Shown here in pieces: positions 61,256 to 64,000 of a stretch of DNA of 64,000 nt. This DNA is from Octopus sinensis (taxonomy: Eukaryota): NCBI RefSeq assembly GCF_006345805.1, contig NC_043002.1, positions 66,836,001 through 66,900,000 of the forward strand, written 5' to 3'. Below the pieces are notes generated by a model. That model was not told the DNA's origin. It searched no databases and worked only from the letters and a program-made list of their open reading frames with translations. Each line of letters begins with the position of its first letter. The first letter of the stretch is position 1. Made by a program: the position numbers and the translations under genes.

Positions 61256-62830
61256 CTGGGCAAACAGTACCGTATCATCCAGATCTTATGTAGATAAGGT
61301 AATATGTAGGCCAGCAGATAGGAATAGCATAGGTTGTCCACAATTTGAATTCGTCAATAACACAGACCACAAATTAGTGAACTGTACGGTTGACCAAGAA
61401 AGGCTCCATAGGCAGGGACCCGGATGCTGGAAGCTCAACGCGTCCTTCCCGGCGCGTCAAGCTTTCAGAGACCGGCTTAGTAAGTTAGTCCATCGAAAGT
61501 TGAAGGGTGCAGTCGTCAACAACCGATGGTAGGATGGATGGGTGGGTGTTAAGGAGGGTTAAAACGGGTGATTAGAGTAGAATCTATAGAATTAAGCTGA
61601 GAACTAGCGATAGAGAAGACTAGAGTAAAGGGTGGCCTAGTTACGAAATTAGAAGAGGCACTCAATAGTGGTATGGCGACCGACGCGCTGGCAGCGAGAT
61701 TGGTTCTGAACCAATTCTTCAACACTAAGCATGAAGGTTGCATTGTTATAGCTAGGGCGCGTGCTCTAAAACAGGAGGGAACAAAAGCCGTTCAATGGGT
61801 CCGGGTGGCCGAGGAGCAACGTCGTAATAAAACTACAATTCGGTCTTGGAAGGGTTGGGACGGGCGCATGCTACACGAATCGAAGCAGATTTGTGCGGAA
61901 TTTCAGCGGCACTTTGCTCAACTGTACGGGGTACGCAGGGGTTTGGAGGCGGAAGCGAACTTCACTTTCTACCTTGTTGTTATGCCGCGGTTTTCGGCTA
62001 GGGACGTGGAGTTCAGCGAAATGCCGATAACAACTGAAAATATATGTGAAGCGTTGGCTAGTTGTCCTATTTCTTTACTATCCACAAGGGGCTAAACACA
62101 GATAGGACTAACAAGGGCAAAAGGATTAAGTCGATTACATCGACCCCTGTGCGTAACTGGTACTTAATTTATCGACTCCGAAAGGATGAAAGGCAAAGTC
62201 GACCTCGGCGGAATTTGAACTCAGAACGTAACAGCAGACGAAATACCGCTAAGCATTTCGCCCGGCGTGCTAATGATTCTGCAGGCTCGCCGCCTTGTCG
62301 AGAGGAAGGTCTCCGGGATTGGATAGTCTGCGCTTCGAGCCTTATATACTTATGCCAAACTTGTTTGGAGAGGTCTACCGCAACTGGCAGCAGAATGGGA
62401 GAATACCCGGGTCTGTGAACTGAGGTGTGGTGACGCTACTCATAAAGGGTCCGAACAAGGGCGACATTGTCGATAACTTTTGGCCGGTAACTCTGCGAAA
62501 TACAGATGACAACATTTTGGCCAAGGTATTAGCAAATAGGTTGGCGCTTGTCATTGACAGACTAGTGGTTGATGTGAAGACTTGCGCTATCCCCAACAGA
62601 ACTATACACGATACCTTCCACCTCACGCGATACATCACAGAGAGGGTTGGTAAAGAACCTGTCCTCAAGGCTGCTGGTTTCGATCCCGTTTTCAGAAGCT
62701 GGATCGCTGCAATGTACAGTGATGTTTGTTTGGTGGTCAAAGTAAATGGCCACCTCTCGGAATCGTTTAGTATCACACGTTTGGTCCGTCAAGGATGCCC
62801 ACTCTCACTCCTACCCTACGTAGGCCGATG
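61255..62830 (+). mobile_element. L1-Tx1 LINE remnant (APE end to RT) interrupted by SINE-B
   Basis: SYVDKVI, TDHKLV, GPGCWKLNAS, PVTLRNTDDNILAKVLANRL, RQGCPLS. Colinear with 7740-8750. Confidence 0.88.
62066..62296 (-). mobile_element. SINE-B monomer with tail-1 inserted in the Tx1 LINE
   Basis: Full head to TAAAGAAATAG. Short duplication TTGTC on both sides. Confidence 0.9.
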
Positions 62831-62904
62831 TAATTGACTTAGCACCGCTCCTGGAATTCTAGTCTTGTGCCAAAACCTGATGCCATCATCATTGTTGTTA
62901 TTAA

Positions 62905-63375
62905 GGCGGCGAGCTGAAAGACTCATTAACACGTTGAGCAAAATGTTCAGTAGCGTTTCTACCAGCTTCTTAAGTTCTGTGTTCGTGTCCTATCGAGGTC
63001 AATTTTGCCTTTCAACTTTTCAGGGTCGAGAAAATAAGGTACCAGCCAAGAACTGGGATCGATATAATCGACTTGCTCCTTCCTTCAAAAATGCTGGTCT
63101 TGTATCAAAATTAGAAATGTGTAAAAAATAATGTAAATAAAATGTGTAAATAACAACAGTAACCGCACGAACAGCAACAACAGCAACGTGGAGGCGCAAT
63201 GGCCCAGTGGTTAGGACAACGGACTCGCGGTCGTAAGAACGCGGTTTCGATTCCCAGACCGGGCATTGTGAGTGTTTATTGAGCAAAAACATCTAAGCTC
63301 TACGAGGCTCCGGCGGTGGGGGGGGGGTGAACCCCGCTGTACTCTTTCACCACAACTTTCTCTCACTCTTTCTTC
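62905..63375 (+). mobile_element. degenerate SINE-B (62905-63115) and 3'-truncated SINE-D (63190-63375)
   Basis: Consensus matches to copies elsewhere in the window. Confidence 0.8.
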
Positions 63376-64000
63376 CTACTTCTGTCACAAAGCAGAGGGA
63401 CCATGGAGGAGCCCACTATGGTATGGTAAACTTTCAGACCCTAGTCTAGATTGCGAATCCTCTGTACCCCAGGATGGTTCAGCTCTCCACTCGTTAATAG
63501 CCACCGTTTACGGAATGAAGATAACAACGTAGCTTTCGCGCCCGTGCAACCGCCACTCTATCGCGTGTGGTGGGTGGATATTCAAGTTGCCACACGCATT
63601 CTTAGTAGCTTAGAGTAGGATCGAATTAAAGATTATTCTTTGTGGCTAATGGCGTGAGTCCTGGTTGGAAGAAAACAACATTTTCAACAGTAGTAGTAAT
63701 AGAAGCAGCAGCAGCAGCAGCAGCAGAATCACCACCACCTCAATAACAACAGCAACAACATCGTCGTATATTAACAGAGAGTTCAACTGTAGAAGGATGT
63801 CCAAAACTTTTAAGAACGTAAAAGTATTTATAAGATGGTTAGTTCCACTGAGAAAATGCTATTCAAGGAATTAAGACAAAGTGAGTAATATGAGAATATA
63901 CCAACAGCTTGGATTTCATATGCATAAATGATGATGATGATGATAATAATAATAATAATTGACCGTTTCGAGAGAGAACAACTGAGTATGAAAGAAAACT

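Overview
AT-rich, microsatellite-saturated animal genomic DNA. It is not prokaryotic: there is no operon, rRNA or CRISPR array. The repeat complement suggests a cephalopod, probably Octopus (inference). The window is mostly TE-filled non-coding sequence. LINEs: a full-length, TSD-flanked RTE (30993-34953) whose ORF lesions are mostly single-base homopolymer indels; three CR1-type LINEs interleaved with (TA/TATG)n arrays (36.7-46.2 kb); two L1-Tx1 remnants; RTE, Dong/R4 and Penelope remnants. DNA elements: a decayed DD37D Tc1/mariner, a fold-back mariner, hAT, Tigger and MULE-like MITEs, and two complete non-autonomous Helitrons. There are more than 40 copies of at least four tRNA-derived SINE families (called A-D here). 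No host gene can be proven. The best candidate is a signal-peptide-like first exon on the minus strand (57236-57325). Main findings: (1) SINE tails match LINE 3' ends present in the window (SINE-A with CR1, including a covarying stem-loop; SINE-B tail-1 with L1-Tx1). (2) The Tx1-tailed SINE-B forms head-to-tail arrays with the same junction at four separate loci, suggesting it homes into its own family. (3) The RTE may be intact and has an HDV-like ribozyme topology and a perfect CRE in its 5' UTR. (4) Each TE class sits in its own microsatellite type. (5) Several short templated insertions were copied from kb away. The YIYI/VCMY ORFs are microsatellite artefacts. All family assignments come from motifs recognised by eye; no database search was run.
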